A DNA stretch of 64,000 nt from Laetmonice hystrix (GCA_965235115.1 OZ249436.1:48982001-49046000), one strand, 5' to 3'; numbered from the stretch's first letter, positions 25,429 through 59,073 are shown. Notes: generated by a model from the letters alone, not told the origin. Translations and numbers: made by a program.

Positions 25429-27599
25429 GTTGTTATCTTCACCTCCACAGTACAACTTGTAAGACCTAGGAAAAACAGTGACATCATGCTGTATTATCTC
25501 ACAATGCTGGGCCTGCTTACACTGATAGAAAACAAATAACACCAAGTTTACGCCAGTCCCGTCAGTCTGGGTTTTCCCAAGGTCCCGCTACTGGGCCTCT
25601 GGGCCATTAAAGCTTTAAAAGAATACAAATGTACTTCTATTTTGTGGTAACATTCCCGGTTCCGTAACAGTCAAGCTGGCCTACATTAGGGTTTGAGAAA
25701 CATTTGATCCAGGAAGCTTTCTACTGGAGGTATGAGTTCTAGGGACTTAGTGACCACGGCCGGTACCGTAGAGGTGTAGACAGACCAGCCCTCCCATGCC
25801 TGATCTCTGAAGACAGACAGCTAAAAAAACTGATGATGGTACATCATCTGCTGATTTTATACTGGTACCACAGTACCTCCAGGTACCACAGTACCTCCAC
25901 ATACATGCTGATGTCGATTACTGGGTGGAGATGGCAACAGGTGGAAGGGACAGGATATCATTAACTCCATGTGAAACTTTTCTCACAGACCTTCCACAGT
26001 CACTGTCTTTTGAAAAAACCAAGTGAGCTCGAAAAAGCTCGCCTAGGTTCCTTAGGCGAGTTTTTTTCCCCCATGTCTTATTTGAGCTATCTACAAACTT
26101 GAAAAACAGGTACATTGTACATGTATCTGACTTATTCAGATACCGGTATACATGTGACCTACCAGCTTCACACTTTTTGTGTCTTAGGTGTCAATGGTTG
26201 ACGGTATATAATGTACATAAATTCACACCTTGTGGCTCAGTAACAGATTCACACCTTATGTCTCAGTAATAGATTCACACCTTGTGGCTCAGTAATAGCT
26301 CATTTTGTGGCTCAGTAATACCTCCTGCCTACTGCCTCACACAACAACCTATTGCTCACTGTATAACTTAAATGGTGGGCACCTTTGCTCTGATGGAGTG
26401 TTTGTTATAGGCCCTACTGAGGCGAGCTATTTTCTTATGTTAGGTGTGTCTTTTTTCACGCACCTCAAATGATTTTAGGTGTGTTATGGTGCACATGCGC
26501 GATCGCGCGCCTTAAAAGACAGTGACTCCATAATTATGATCTCCTTATTGCTGAGCCTAGATACTGAATTAGTAAGTAATGGTAGGGCCTACTAAGTCTA
26601 AATTCTAAAAGTCTCAATTTGTTAGACTTTTAGACAGGAGGTCAGACTCACCCTGCTAGTCATATTTCACTTATCCACAGAGTGGTTTCTTTCATCCATT
26701 TACTTGCCCAGCTGTGAAAAGTGAAACCAATCAAATTACACATATTTAGTATTCCTATCCCCAGCTTCCTATTTATACCTATTCTGTGGTCATACCCGTC
26801 ATAGACATAGTGCCACACGTACCCAGGCAGGAAGACACTTGACTATATTCATGTCAATCATTACACAGAATGGTTTTACTGATAACACTGGAAAAGATGG
26901 TTTTAAATCATAAGAATGTGCTTTCTAAAATTAAACTCTCATTCACAATGACATGGGCAGAACGATTTACCATACAGTCTGTGCATCACCGACTCAGGGG
27001 AACAATACGAATCACGATACCGTTGATATTAAAAAAATATTTGAAGAAACTGATCAAAATAAACAGGAATCAAAATATTTTCATCAGTTTGAAATCAGTA
27101 GACCTTACATCTTTGAGTTCATGTTACTGTTTTTGATAAAGAAATGACAAAGAACAACATGATGTAGCTTCAATAAATAATTGATAATAAATCAATATAA
27201 TTCACATGGTTTTAAAATACAAAAAAATGAACAAATAATACTTTTATTTACTAGGCCTATGTGTAAAAGGATGGTATCGTAACCTCTGTATCGCAATACG
27301 TATCGTATCACAAGAAAACGTATCGTACAGCTCTTACAGTGTCATGTGGATGACTTCCTTATTGCTGCTACGATCAGCTGATCGTGACAGCGGTGGTCGT
27401 GACCTGAGTCCCAGGTTAAACGTTAGGCTTGGAACGAAGGAAACACCTCAGGAAACACCCCTCTCTGACTGACAATCTCAATAACTCGGCAGTCATAATT
27501 ACATCTCACAATGATAGAATAGTCTTTGATCATTTATGACTTCTTCAACATACGTGAGGTTATCTTGCCCACAGTCTTATCCCGATTAAATTTACGCAC

Positions 27600-28955
27600 C
27601 TGTTGTCTTCCTACTCTTGTTTTCGATCAGAAGGTAAATAATGAGTGGTCGGCAGCGAATCGTTACCATGCACTGATTGGAGAAAATTTGATGAAAATGT
27701 TTCTGCTTTCGGCCTTTCCTAAATTCTTTTCCATAACATAGTTGACCATACTCCGGTACGTAAATATTAGTGACATTTTATTTATTTCTTTATCTTCGGA
27801 TTTTGTGCGGTCTTGCCATTATTGTGATGCCGTATTAATCCACTAGGTGGCAGTATACATTGATGGAGCCGCGGACGTTACCCGGAAGAGGACGTAGGCT
27901 ATCGATGGTAGGCCTACAAGTGGTGGTCTGGAGGAGGAGCTCCATGCACGCGTCCACACCCAACCTTGACATAATTATAGTAAATAAAGTATGCCGCCGG
28001 GGCATAGTCCTAGGCTATAGAAAAAATTCTAGGTTTGCTAGATACCTTAGCTAGCTTTAGCTGGCTAATAATACTTTATGATATGGGCTACACAATAAAC
28101 CTCTATTAGGCCTAGTCCAACTACATACATGTATTTCTAACATTGCTGTAGGTTCACCAGTCATTCTATGAATCAGATTACTATAGTATAGGCCTAGGCC
28201 TATCGATATAATCGAGTACCAATGCATACAGAAAAACAACGTACGGTATGATCTAGAAGTAGAGGTCTAGATCTGAAATTAAAAATATCATGCAGGGTCG
28301 TAGATCATCTATGACTACATAGGGACAGCCAAAAGTTGCCAGTGGCGGATCCGAGAGGGGGTGGGGGTGTAACGTGTAAACTTAGTCTTAGGCTAAGTAT
28401 ACTATAGGCCTAATAGGGGTTTGACCCACCTAAGTTGTCTTTTTTTTCTCCATTGAACTTTCTGAATTAACCATGCTAAACCCCCGAACCCCCCTTTAAA
28501 ATTCTCCCTCTTAATCCCCACCATGCACACGTACCCCACCCCACACCCCCACAAGTCAAGATCCGCCCCTGATGGGGGCGGGGCAAAGTTCGATATTCCA
28601 AGGCCAAGGGCACGTATCAATTATAGAGCCTATAGAGCAAAAATGGGCAATCACCAAGAAAGAGCAAACATTTGTGTGCTCGCGACGGTGCTGCCGTGTA
28701 GGCTACGTGAACACTGCCTGGTTCCCCTGCCATGGTACTCGAGCACCTGCATGGTCGATTCGGTGGTTCTCCGCTAGATGGCAGCACGATAGTTTCTAGA
28801 GGGGTAATCAAATTGACGAAATCTTCCCGACCCCCGAAAGTAATATGGCGGCAGATGTGCTTCCTGTTTCCTGAAGTAAGGCTCAACAAAGTTATTGAAC
28901 TGGCTTTTAAGTACAGATTTGATTATTCCTTCTCGCCAAGACGTTCAAAATATAG
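27600..28955. promoter_or_regulatory. Candidate divergent promoter region for PGPEP1 (-) and Csk (+), with putative non-coding first exons
   Basis: Minus-strand donor CAG|GTGCGT at 27599 and plus-strand donor TAG|GTAAGT at 28956. CTCF-like motifs at 27840 and 28771, ETS-like CCGGAAG at ~27882, YY1-like ATATGGCGG at ~28843, GC box GGGGCGGGG at ~28575. Both genes have acceptors upstream of their ATG, so upstream exons are needed. Confidence 0.5.
28340..28571. mobile_element. MITE, same family as 2197-2350
   Basis: TIRs CAGTGGCGGATC / GATCCGCCCCTG and shared internal sequence. Confidence 0.65.
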
Positions 28956-29357
28956 GTAAGTTAGCACAACCTAATTATTTGCGTTGTATTGTAAATGTAA
29001 ATGTGGGAACCAGTCCCTGACAGTGTGGATACGTGGGCGCATTAGCCTCGCCTGAGCATTGCCATTGGGGACCGTGCCAAGTGGTGGTTCTAGCCTGGAA
29101 CGGGAGGGCGCATTGGAACTGTGGAAGGGGGGCAGAAAACAGTATTATAAAAACGGGAAACAGGAGCCAATATATTCCATATTTATGCTTTGAAAATGTA
29201 CTTTGTATCCAGTTCGCTTGTTCTGAATCAGTGATTATTCACAAGTAAATAAAGTACACAGTATAGCCTACCCTCCGCCCCGGGTCTCCCCACCACCAGG
29301 ATTGTCACAAACTCCATCCACTGACTGGGATGGCACTAACTTTACGGTAGTGAGGTT

Positions 29358-29904
29358 ACTCCTGTGGCTGGGGCAGTGTGTGACTCAGTGGTATCACGAC
29401 ACTTGAGCCCGCCGCGAAATGATCCCGTCATATGAGCCCCTCGGGGGGCCGCCGAGCCTGCCCGGGGGCGGGGTGAGTGAGGGAGCGGTGGCCGGTCACT
29501 CGCCAGCTCGCTTACTCGCTCAAACTGCCGTGGGCCCGCCGGCCGCTCGCTGCCGGGGCTTGTGGGGGGGCCACGGTCGGTCCCTTCAGCCGGGACTTGT
29601 ATGGGCCTTGCCCTCGGCCGGTCGGTTCGGCCTGGGCTAGTTGAAGCAGGGGCCTCAGCCGGTCTGTGTAGAGAGCGGGATATGGCTAGGCGGATCTATA
29701 GGATCTTTTAAACAATTGCCGACGATTGGATTATAATTGGCTGACCTATAATAGGCCTACACCAACCGGCACCAGCCAGGCACCGCTACCGTCTGCTTTG
29801 ACGGGACCCTCGCTGGGTTTAACCCGGCGGGCTCAAGTGACGGGCTCAAATCGCGTCGGGCTCATACGCCGTGTATTCGACTCAGTCTCACACAGTCACA
29901 GAGT
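29358..29904. other. GC/CpG-rich segment with long-range inverted repeats and internal hairpins
   Basis: CACTTGAGCCCGCCG (29400-29414) is the exact reverse complement of 29825-29839; TCCCGTCA / TGACGGGA nested inside. Confidence 0.6.
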
Positions 29905-30751
29905 TGGGTGTGTGTGTGTGTGTGTGTGTGTGATACTGCAATAATTAACGGCCACTTCTGAGTACGGTAGATTCTTTCTTTGGCTGAACATTAGGGAGTG
30001 AGAAAATCTGTGTCATTAAGAAGATTATATCTCCAGCTATTTGAATATATATTTGACTCCATTTTAGCCTAGAGACTAGAATAATTGTAGTGCCTATCGG
30101 GAGCCAAAGTAAATTCTGCCAAAAGTGCATGAAAAGGCGCGAAAACAGGCAGCGGTGTCACCTTATTATCACTTAACATAGGCGCAGATAGGAAGTCTGT
30201 ATTCAACACATCACTACAGTTGCTGGGTTAAGTATTTTGAGTAAGTTTGTGATGTTACAATTTCGTACCCTCATAATCTGACCGTTTGGGGTAAATTTTG
30301 AAAAGATGGCAACAATTAATTTTAGAATCCATCCAGGCCAAATTTTACAGTAATCCTCGATCTATAAAAGTATATGACATTCACATCTGTTACTTAATCT
30401 TTTCAAAATTTACCCAAAACTGGTTGTGTGATTTCCAATGGTCTGTTTTTATTGGGGCCTGGGTTGACCTTAGCCAAAGTCAATGAATGGGTGATAATGA
30501 ACTGACAACCAGCGACTGCGCATGTCTGAGACTTGGCTCCCTATTGAGACTGTAGTTAGGATGACCTACTAATAAAATTATCTTATCTTATGTCCTGTGT
30601 CAGAGTGTTCCTGTTCAAATATTATTGGTCATATTATGAGACAGTCACAATATTGGTGGAAGTGTCAATTCAGACCATCACCTGTCAAGCAGGCGGCTGG
30701 CCTGGCTGTAGCCTATTTGCTGCTCTTAATGAATGTACTGCTGTCAAAATG

Positions 30752-31277
30752 CAGACCTGCCAAGTCCCCCGGTTTCACCGGGGGACTCCCGGTTTTTAAC
30801 CTGATCCCCCGTCCCCCCGGTATGTCACAATTTTCTCACGGTAAATTGAAAACTCATGTATGCACACAAATGTACACAAAACACAAGAAAAAAGATAGAT
30901 TGGACAATTGAGTATGTTTTTAAGTACATGTAGCAACCAGATCTATATGCAACGCAGAACACTAAAAAAGGATAGGCCTACATAAAGAGAAAAGAAACAA
31001 CATAAGGAGCAGATGTCTTAGGACAATTTTTTATTTTAAATTTATTAAACTGATGGTAGGCCTATGTAAGTTGTGTAATTCATGTGTAGAATGTAGTGGC
31101 TCCATACTAACGTTTCTCCTCCACTCATAGGTCTATATCAGCTTCATAATATAGTCTCCAGGTTTTCCCCCCAAAATCTCCAGGTTTTCCCCCAAAAATC
31201 CCCCGGTTTTCCTCCCAATTTCCAGGTTTTTGGACACCAATCTCCCGGTTTCTTCTCTCTGTAGGTTGGCAGGTCTG
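30752..31277. mobile_element. Non-autonomous DNA transposon (hAT-like) with 6-bp TSD
   Basis: Perfect TIRs CAGACCTGCCAA / TTGGCAGGTCTG, flanked by AAAATG on both sides; subterminal repeated CC(C/A)GGTTT motifs. Confidence 0.8.
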
Positions 31278-33703
31278 AAAATGTCCTAGTCAAAATGTAC
31301 TGCCAGGCTAGTCAAACTGTACTGTCTGTTAGGCTAGTCGAAATGTGCCGTTTCCGTTTCAGAAATGTACTTATTATTTATTACATTTTACTAGCGCTGG
31401 ACACCCGTGGGGGATTCTATCCACTATTATTGACTATTTCACAAATGATCAACCCTTTAACCAATGTGCTTGTCATGAGGAAGTGTGACATGACTGGCAT
31501 GGCATCAGGGCTGATAAGCACTGCCCGCCAGCTGACATCTAGCATGCCGGCAGGTGCCACAGCCAGTTCTCACCAGTTGGCCACGCAGCATGCACTAAAT
31601 GTGAAGCCTGCCAGCTAGGTGATGGTCGTAGCATCTCACAAGACGAAAAATATCCTTGTTACGTGTATAAAATTGCCACCTTTTAACTGAAGGGGGTCTA
31701 GGCATAGCCTTTAGCTTTAGCCACCGTGACTAAAGAGGAACCCAAATCTTTCAGTCACATTAGAATTTCTCTGAACATATAATTTGTTGTTACCACCAAA
31801 CTATAATGATCATCCTTGCCTTCCCTGTCCAGAGGTACCGTAATTTTACGAATACATGCTATGGCCATACGTGTATAAACTGCAGCCCGCAGGCCATTTT
31901 TGGAGCAAAACTCGCCCCCCCCCCCCAAAAAAAAAATCATGTTTCTGATCAATGCCAATCATAGCAAAGTTAGGTCCCAATCCCCCAACCTATAACCCCA
32001 TCAAACATGATGCTGCACCAGCCTGGCCGTAGTGTGAAAAATTGCTACATTCTCAGATGCAGGGGTCACCATCACCTCCCATTGCTAATTGGGCTGTTGC
32101 TTTCCCTGGGCATTAAAAACAATATGGCACACCTTGATTTATTTTCCGAATCCATCTCAGCATATTCACGTGTAATACAGTGGGAACACATACTCTGAAA
32201 ACGTTACTTTACATTGAATACTATGTGTATTGCAAGGTAATTCTGTGGCAACACCTTACGTAGTTGTTGTAGGCCAACTTGGTCTCCAGATGCATGTGGC
32301 CACTTATAACTGTGTACCACAGTTCATTTTGAGGAGGAAAAAGAAAAAAAAAAGAAAAAAACTTTTTATGCTTTTTATTTTGCCAATGAAATTGCACATG
32401 GTGAACAGCTGGCTACCTAGGGTTACATTATTTATTTTATTTTATATTTATATTTATATTTTATTATTTGTGGGATTCTCCCAATGTAATCCCTGGAAAC
32501 TAGGGCATAGAGTCTATGCCAAGACTTACTGACAACTAGGTGTTTATAGAATAGGTCAACTTCACCGGCAAGGCATTCTTTCATAATATAGAATTTAACT
32601 TTCCAGCAGAGGCAGATCTAGGAAAATGAAGTTTAAAAAGGTTTATAAAAATGACATTCTACATTGTACGCCTTTCCAACTTGAACTAAAAACAATGGAC
32701 AAAACTTGAGCTGCTGGACATAATCTGTTCAGGCAGCCAGAGTATCTAAGTCACGTTGTGGGAAAAAAGAGCAGGATTGTGTATCACGGTGACATGACTT
32801 GCTTGGACTAGCCTAGATCTGGCTTCTAGCAACGCTGCAACAGGCACATGAAGGGTCATCCAATCAATATAAACTTTCAGCAAATAATGAGGTCTGAAAG
32901 CAAATCTGGCTTTCAAAGAAACATGATCCTACATGATATCGGGGTCAGTAAGACCAAGGTCATATCAGGAGGGCAGAGCTTGGTTACCGTAATATTTTGA
33001 TGAGTACATTGTACTTCAATGGGGCAATGGACCCAAAATTTATAGTGCAGAGGCTAGTAATAACGAAAAGATTTAAGTTGTAATTTGATAAAAGTTTTTT
33101 TTTTCAGTATGTAACCATAAATTTCTATATACGTACATGGAGACTTTTAGTTTAGAAGTAGACAAACTTGTGATCTACCAAGCCTGAGAGATACATATTA
33201 TTGATCAAGACTGGTTTATGGCTTGCGTCATTATCAACTAACCCCAGATCATTGGCAAACAGGTTATGGGAACTGATGATAATGTAGTAGCTGGGCACAC
33301 AGTAGGCGGGTGAGCAAAACCTTCTCGTCAACTGCTAAATTGCCACCCTGCCAGACTGATAGCTACATTAAGTTACTGAGAATGATGACTGGCAACTAGC
33401 AGGTCTTACCGATCATGGCATCCTGTTCTGATCTGTGATCACTGAATTTGTGTTATGGGAAACACATAAAATAATTTTAATTATATTTGTATAGTGACAG
33501 GTGGTTAAGGTCCTTGTATGTGGTCAGACTTGAAATATGTATTCTGGTTGTGTTTTAAAATAAGGGTACCTTGAACCTGCTCAGTATATTATGATATTAA
33601 GTTTACCCACTCTGACATTTCTCTTTGTTTTTTTCCAGATTTTATTGGTTTTGGTCAAAAAAGAAAACACGGTGTGATTGGCTGCGGAGATACGGTGGTG
33701 AAA

Positions 33704-52895
<19,192 letters not shown>

Positions 52896-55800
52896 GAGTG
52901 GCGGGCTGTTTTTGTGTGGGTTGGGGGTGGGGGTGGGGGCTGGGGGCGTACAGTGGGGTGCGGGTGGGGGGGGGGGAGCACAAAGCTGTCAGAAAAGTTG
53001 TTTTTTTCTGGCTTGCAGAAGCGAGGTTTGACAGATGGTATATGAACACTTATTTGTGGATAAGGGTGGGGTCGGGTGGTCAAAGCTGCTTGTGCAATTG
53101 TTTTTATCCTGGAAAAGTATTGTTGGAGGTTTTTAATTTGAATTCTGTCAAAGAGTCAGAGACAGCGATGATTTGAATGTAAGGATTGTGATGTTAAGAC
53201 AGTAATTGACGGTACTGATGTAAGGGAGAGTTCGTGAGGATCGGATAGCATGATTGGTTTGCTGGGAAGTCAAAATGGACCAATGGTCATTGCAGTTAGT
53301 TAACGTTAATTATTACTTGAGCACCAGAGGCACTATTGGCACTGGCAGATGAGAATTCGAGCAACTATATTCAAGACGGTCAGCGTGTTTAAACCAGTGT
53401 CTGGTGAAGTCAGACCCCGCAGTAGATGTAGCCTGCCTCAATTAACAACAATTAATAGTCAGCCAGTAGGACAATTACCCCGAGTCCCATCTCGTCACAA
53501 CCAGACATATTACTGTCCTTTGTGGTGGAGGGCAGGTAAAAAACTGTCTATGTCACAGTGGACACAGTCAAGACTTCCAGGTAGGGCGAAAAGTTTCATG
53601 CGCAGTTTGGCTGCTTTGTCCTCGAAAGTTACTGGTACATGTGCTGTGCCTAGAATGGCCAGTGACAGGAGAAAGAGAGACTCATGTATACAAGTAGGTC
53701 AGCCTACAAAGGACCCACCAAGTAGATAGGGCCGGTTGGGACCTGGTGATGGTAAACTTTCAGTCTGGTAAACCTCAGGCGGAAAGTTGACGAATTTATC
53801 TCCACATACCCATGATAATGTATATCTACTTACCAAATGTTCTCCCAGATAAATTCTCCAAGGGGGTGACATGTATATCATCAAGTATACCACAATGGGG
53901 TAGTTCGTGTGCCAGCCTTAGCATTTCATGACACACTCTTCATGTCACTGTCCTGTCTATAAAGTCAAGTCGAATATGCTGGTTTTGACTTTGGCTAGCA
54001 ATGTAGGTACGGCTTAATGAGTATACAAGGTATTATGTACAGAAACTTGAGAAAGAGAGGTTCTGAGGGGTTTTCTGAAAGGTCCAGGCAGAATTTCAGG
54101 CGTCAAATGTTACATAAAAAAAACATCAGGAAAATCAACAGGCCACCTGGAAAATTACCTCGAAGACAGATACGCTGCGCCCCACTGAGTCTTATGACTT
54201 AGATTATTACGTTACTGAGTCTTGTGACTTAGATTATTAAGTTAAAGAGTGAAAAACCATTATGCAATGTTATCGACAGCACTTTTAGTGAAGGGCAAAC
54301 TATTGCAGGAAATGCTTGAATTCTGCTTATTCTATTGTAGTTTTATACTGACAAGAAAATTGACCGACTCAAAGATGCAGTAGGCTAGAAACTTCCATTA
54401 GAAATTTATATGTATGTGCACTCATCATTCAATGATAGGTTTTTATCATTAAAAAAACGTTCATATTGTTAAGAAATCGATGTTTTACTATGGTGGGTTA
54501 GAAACCCAGTCTGACTGGTTTTGCTACAATATTGAAATGTCGGGTAATCGTTTTTTACGTAAAGTCGTGGGATTTCGAGGCACCAATGCCAAATTGGTAA
54601 ATGAAGTGTTTCTACGGTGTAAACACCGTAACTGTATAAATCGGCACTATGTACAAATGAAAGCATTGTGTGATGGTAAACATTTCTTTGTGTAGATTAG
54701 AACTAATGGATTCCAGCTTCCATGTCCGATGAATAAGGATATATCTGGGAACACTACTCTGGTTGTTATTTTCTCAAGTATGTACTTAACTAGAAAGAAC
54801 AGAGTGTCTGTGAACTAAAGAACGCCCGTTCCATGGAGGTGGAACACGTCCTGTGCAAAAAAATCCGACCACCACTCGATAGGTGGCGCCACAGTGTAAG
54901 TTGCGCTCTTCTGAATACGAAGACAGAAAGTTACCAAATAAACTCGCTGGAAAACGCTCTCATGAGGCTGACCTTGACATTGGTGAGAGTGTGCCAAGGC
55001 CATTTGTTTTGAAAGATTCACTTGTTACTTTGTGTTTCTACACAGTTGTCCTATGTGTTTGTTATACCGCACCTTGACACTGGCGCCATCTAGAGGCTCA
55101 CGTTCACGCGTTCGGTATTTTCCTTAGGAAGGCTGAAAACTATAAGTCGATTGTGAGGACGTCGGTTCGACAGACAGCTGAAACCTAAAAATAGCTTGAA
55201 CAATCGTCTCTGAGATGGCATGAAACCTGACCGAATTACCTTCACTGGTTTACCGTAAGTTAGGCTCAAACTGACTACAACCTTTCAGTTGGCTACTGTT
55301 GCTAGCCGTACACTGAATATTGTGGATAGAGATTCTTTTGTCTAGACTAAGGTTTTGCTGGAAGTAGCACTATTCTGTAGCCATTAGTATTGTTAAAATT
55401 AATGTTACCCTATACAAAAGTGGGCCGAAATCATCCACTGGAAAATGTCATGTATATATTGTGAAGAAAACTGTTTAATATTGCTGTGACCATTAGGAAA
55501 CAGAACCAGGGGGTTGAGGATCTCCCCCAGGATATTTGATCTCGGTTGGGAGGGGGGGGGAGTTCAAAAATCAAACTGGTAGATGCATTGTAAGGTCCGA
55601 GTTATATGTGTCTACCCTTCCCAGCATTACCAGGAGGACTAGAAACCACCTGTTCACACCCATGGCTCTCCTGTTCTTCTCAAGTCATTACATTGGCTCG
55701 AGGTTTTTGGAAGAAGACAAAGTTTACCTAAAGTGCCTACATTTAGTATAGGGGACATTACTTTGGGACCTATAGGTCATGCAGTCATTACGTTACACGA

Positions 55801-56865
55801 AACGAGAGGGTTGGTTGGCCGTATCATTGTGAGCGATTCGACCTAGCATGGTGACATTGGTCAATTGTTGCACCTCGCTGTGGCACTGAACTCCAGAGTG
55901 CCCGGAAGATTGCGATATTGGACATAAAAAAATTTTTTTTGACGAGTGGAACCCAACATAAATTCGATGTACTTTTACAAAAAGGTTCCCCTCAGCTTAA
56001 ATTAATTACAGAGAGTTATTATTTTTTGTTTTGTAGTTATTATTTTTGGTTTTATGGTTTTTTGAAGACAATTAAAGCTGATGTAAGGATTGCCTAAGTT
56101 ACGTACGGTTGCCATCTCTCGGGTACGACAGACAAGAATTCACCAACATTATTATTTAGCTTTGCTACTCTTTCGGAGGTTTTCCGCGGAGGGAGGGGGG
56201 GCAATTATTGAATTAATTCGGTTTTACTCCCCAGTACGATAAGACTTTAGGAGTGAGTGAGGAGTTGGCAGGGACCTGTCGTTGCCTATTGTAGAAATAA
56301 CTTAATCGATGATGAGTGAAGTAAATATATCCATGACAGGTATTAAACCATCTGCTTTGGTGTGTCCCATCATTATCCTCAACCCCATCTCTCCATATTT
56401 CATCGTTGTCTTCATACGAAACCTTCCAGGCCATCTGTGTCCCCATGTTCGACGTGTCGGGAACGGTTCAGTGATGAAAGGTCTACGGCTCAAACTTCTA
56501 CTTGGTGCTGCCACCTAGGGGCAATATTCTAGTTGAAAGCATGGACACCAGGGGCCAGGTCTGTTCCGAGCCTTCATATTCCAAGGCTATCACGGTCAAC
56601 GGGAAGCATTCAACGTTTTTTGTTGTAGACGACATACATTCGTATTCCTCATCTGAGGTGTGATGATAGTTGCACCTTGGACTCTAGTTACATAGTCTGT
56701 ATTCTTCCAAAGGTTACATACCATTGTTTAAACAGGCGTCAACGTTTTACTGTGTAGGCCTATGTTTACATGCAGTTCTAACCCCTCGGATCATCTTCGA
56801 ATTGTCAAGATATATATAGTGTTCTTTTCACGAAAGAAAAACGCATATATGTAGGGAGCAGATTC

Positions 56866-56871
56866 AATAAA
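56866..56871 (+). terminator. Candidate Csk polyadenylation signal
   Basis: AATAAA followed ~20-40 nt later by a T/GT-rich tract; would imply a ~4-kb 3' UTR. Confidence 0.3.
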
Positions 56872-57532
56872 ACCAGAGAAATGTAAACAAATCTTTTATG
56901 ATTTTATTTGTGTCCGCAGACAACCGTATAAGGGTCACATTAGGCCCTAATTAAATGAAACAAAGTTTCTTTTTTTTCTTCGTTTCAGAGTGGTACCTGT
57001 TACTCGTAGCCTATGTCATAAATCCAGTTCATTTACGGTCTTAATGACACTTTTTCCCGAAACAATTTATTTACGATAGTTAAATTGTAAATACACTGAG
57101 ATTTCGGGTTCTTTTTACGCTGTCAGTGCATACGGTTTTGTTTGCCCAATATGACTGGAGTGAGATGCCTACAGCACGTACAGCTCTACGAGCTCCGGGA
57201 TTTCTCGATCAAGCATAAAATGCCATATCTATAATTGCCATGTTTGAAGGAAGACATCTCAATGATATTGATCACAGTATGATTTCCCTGAGAGAGCAGG
57301 AGACCAGGGCACAAACTGGGAGAGAAGGTCGACGTAATAGTCGACAAACACTTGCAATAACTTTACCTAATCAAGATTGTCGTGATATAGTGTGTGGTGG
57401 TGACCGCGGGGATGTCGGGGAATCTGCTGGTCACCCAATGTTGGAGTACCCTATACGGCATCTCATCTCGCCTCTTCCTCGAGATTAACATTGCTGAAAA
57501 AGGGACTTTGGAAGTTAAAGAATCAGGTATTA

Positions 57533-58892
57533 AATCTGTGTCCCTACAGACCATCTGTAAGCGTCCGACAACGTTGTCAGGTAGTCCCAATGGCTGTTTG
57601 CCGTAAAGGTTTAATTAGCAATGGCAAATGACGTTGTACGCCTTTTCTATATCAGATATCCCTTCCCAAGTAAAAAACAATTACAGAGATGTTGCAGGCA
57701 AACGCTGCTGAAGCGGCGGCTCCGACTGCACTGCCACCTTCCGGCTACCGGTGGAATCACCACGTATACGTGGCCGGGCTGGCAGGCACCTGTGGCGCTT
57801 AGGGGAGAGACACGTTTATGCAATGATAAGCGAAAAATGGCTTCATTTTTGATACGTCAAATTGAAACTACGTCCCCAAAATTATGATTCTTAGGCCAGA
57901 TGTATAACTGTCAAACGTATAGGTCTCGTACGTTCGCTACAGATATATGGATGTGATGTGTAGGCCTACACTTCCCATTTGAGTAGGCCTATCTTTTCCA
58001 GATTTTAACATTAGATGCTCCTCGCCTGTACCTTTCATTTCCACTACCTCACTGTAGTGTTTGCATGGCTACTATAGGCCAGCCGGTAAGGTGTAGGGGC
58101 TTAATATTCTCACTCTACTGGTTGGCCTCCCACACTGCTTGGCCCCACAGTGTACTGTTTGGCCTCAATGTACTCTTTGGCCTCACTGTAGTGTTCGCTT
58201 GGGTGCTAGGCAAGCCAGTATACCTTGTAGCAATTCCTCCCTGTACTGTTTGGCCTCCCTGTACCGTTTGCTTGTACACAAGAGTAGCCAGTAGTATAGG
58301 GACGCCTCATGTTTCATGTTTCCATGCCTTTACTGTCCAGGAGGCAGGCCATACGTTTCGTCTATCATCTACTCCCATCTAGGCTAATCTGTGTCCCCTA
58401 CAGACCATCTGTAAGCGTCCGACAACGTTGTCAGGTCGTCCCAATGACTGTTTGCCGTCAAGGTTTAGTTAACAATGGCAAATGACGTTGTACGCCTATT
58501 CTATATCAGATATCCCATCCCCAACTAATAAACAAACAAAGGATGATTACCCAGAGATGTTGCCGGCAGAAAACACCAGGGTGCAGCTGACGGCGCTGAC
58601 TGCACTGCCGCCTTCCGGCCAGCGGTGGAATCACCACGTGTGTTTGCATGGCTACTATAGGCCAGCTGGTAAGTTGTAGGGACTTCTCACTCTACTGGTT
58701 GGCCTCCCACACTGCTTGGCCCCATAGTGTACTGTTTGGCCTCTCTGTACTCTTTGGCCTCACTGTATACTGTTTTCTTGTATACAACAGTAGCCAGTAG
58801 TATAGGGATGCCTCATGTTTCATGTCTCCATGCCTTTATTGTCCAGGAGGCAGGCCATACGTTTCGGCTATTATTTAGGCCTACTCCCATCT
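57533..58892. repeat. Local duplication with layout A-x-B-A'-B'
   Basis: 57533-57765 recurs at 58386-58639; 58057-58382 recurs at 58640-58892 with an internal deletion. Confidence 0.85.
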
Positions 58893-59073
58893 AAAAGACA
58901 CCGTTTTATGAGATGTCGAGCCACAAATGTAGTGTGAAACTTGTTTAATAGACAATATTATAGACACTAAGATTAGTCTAATTTTAATGGTATAATAACT
59001 AAAATGCATTGGGATCCAATTGATCAGAATATAGCTCACAGAATGGCTTCCACCACCTAACTATTCCAGTACC

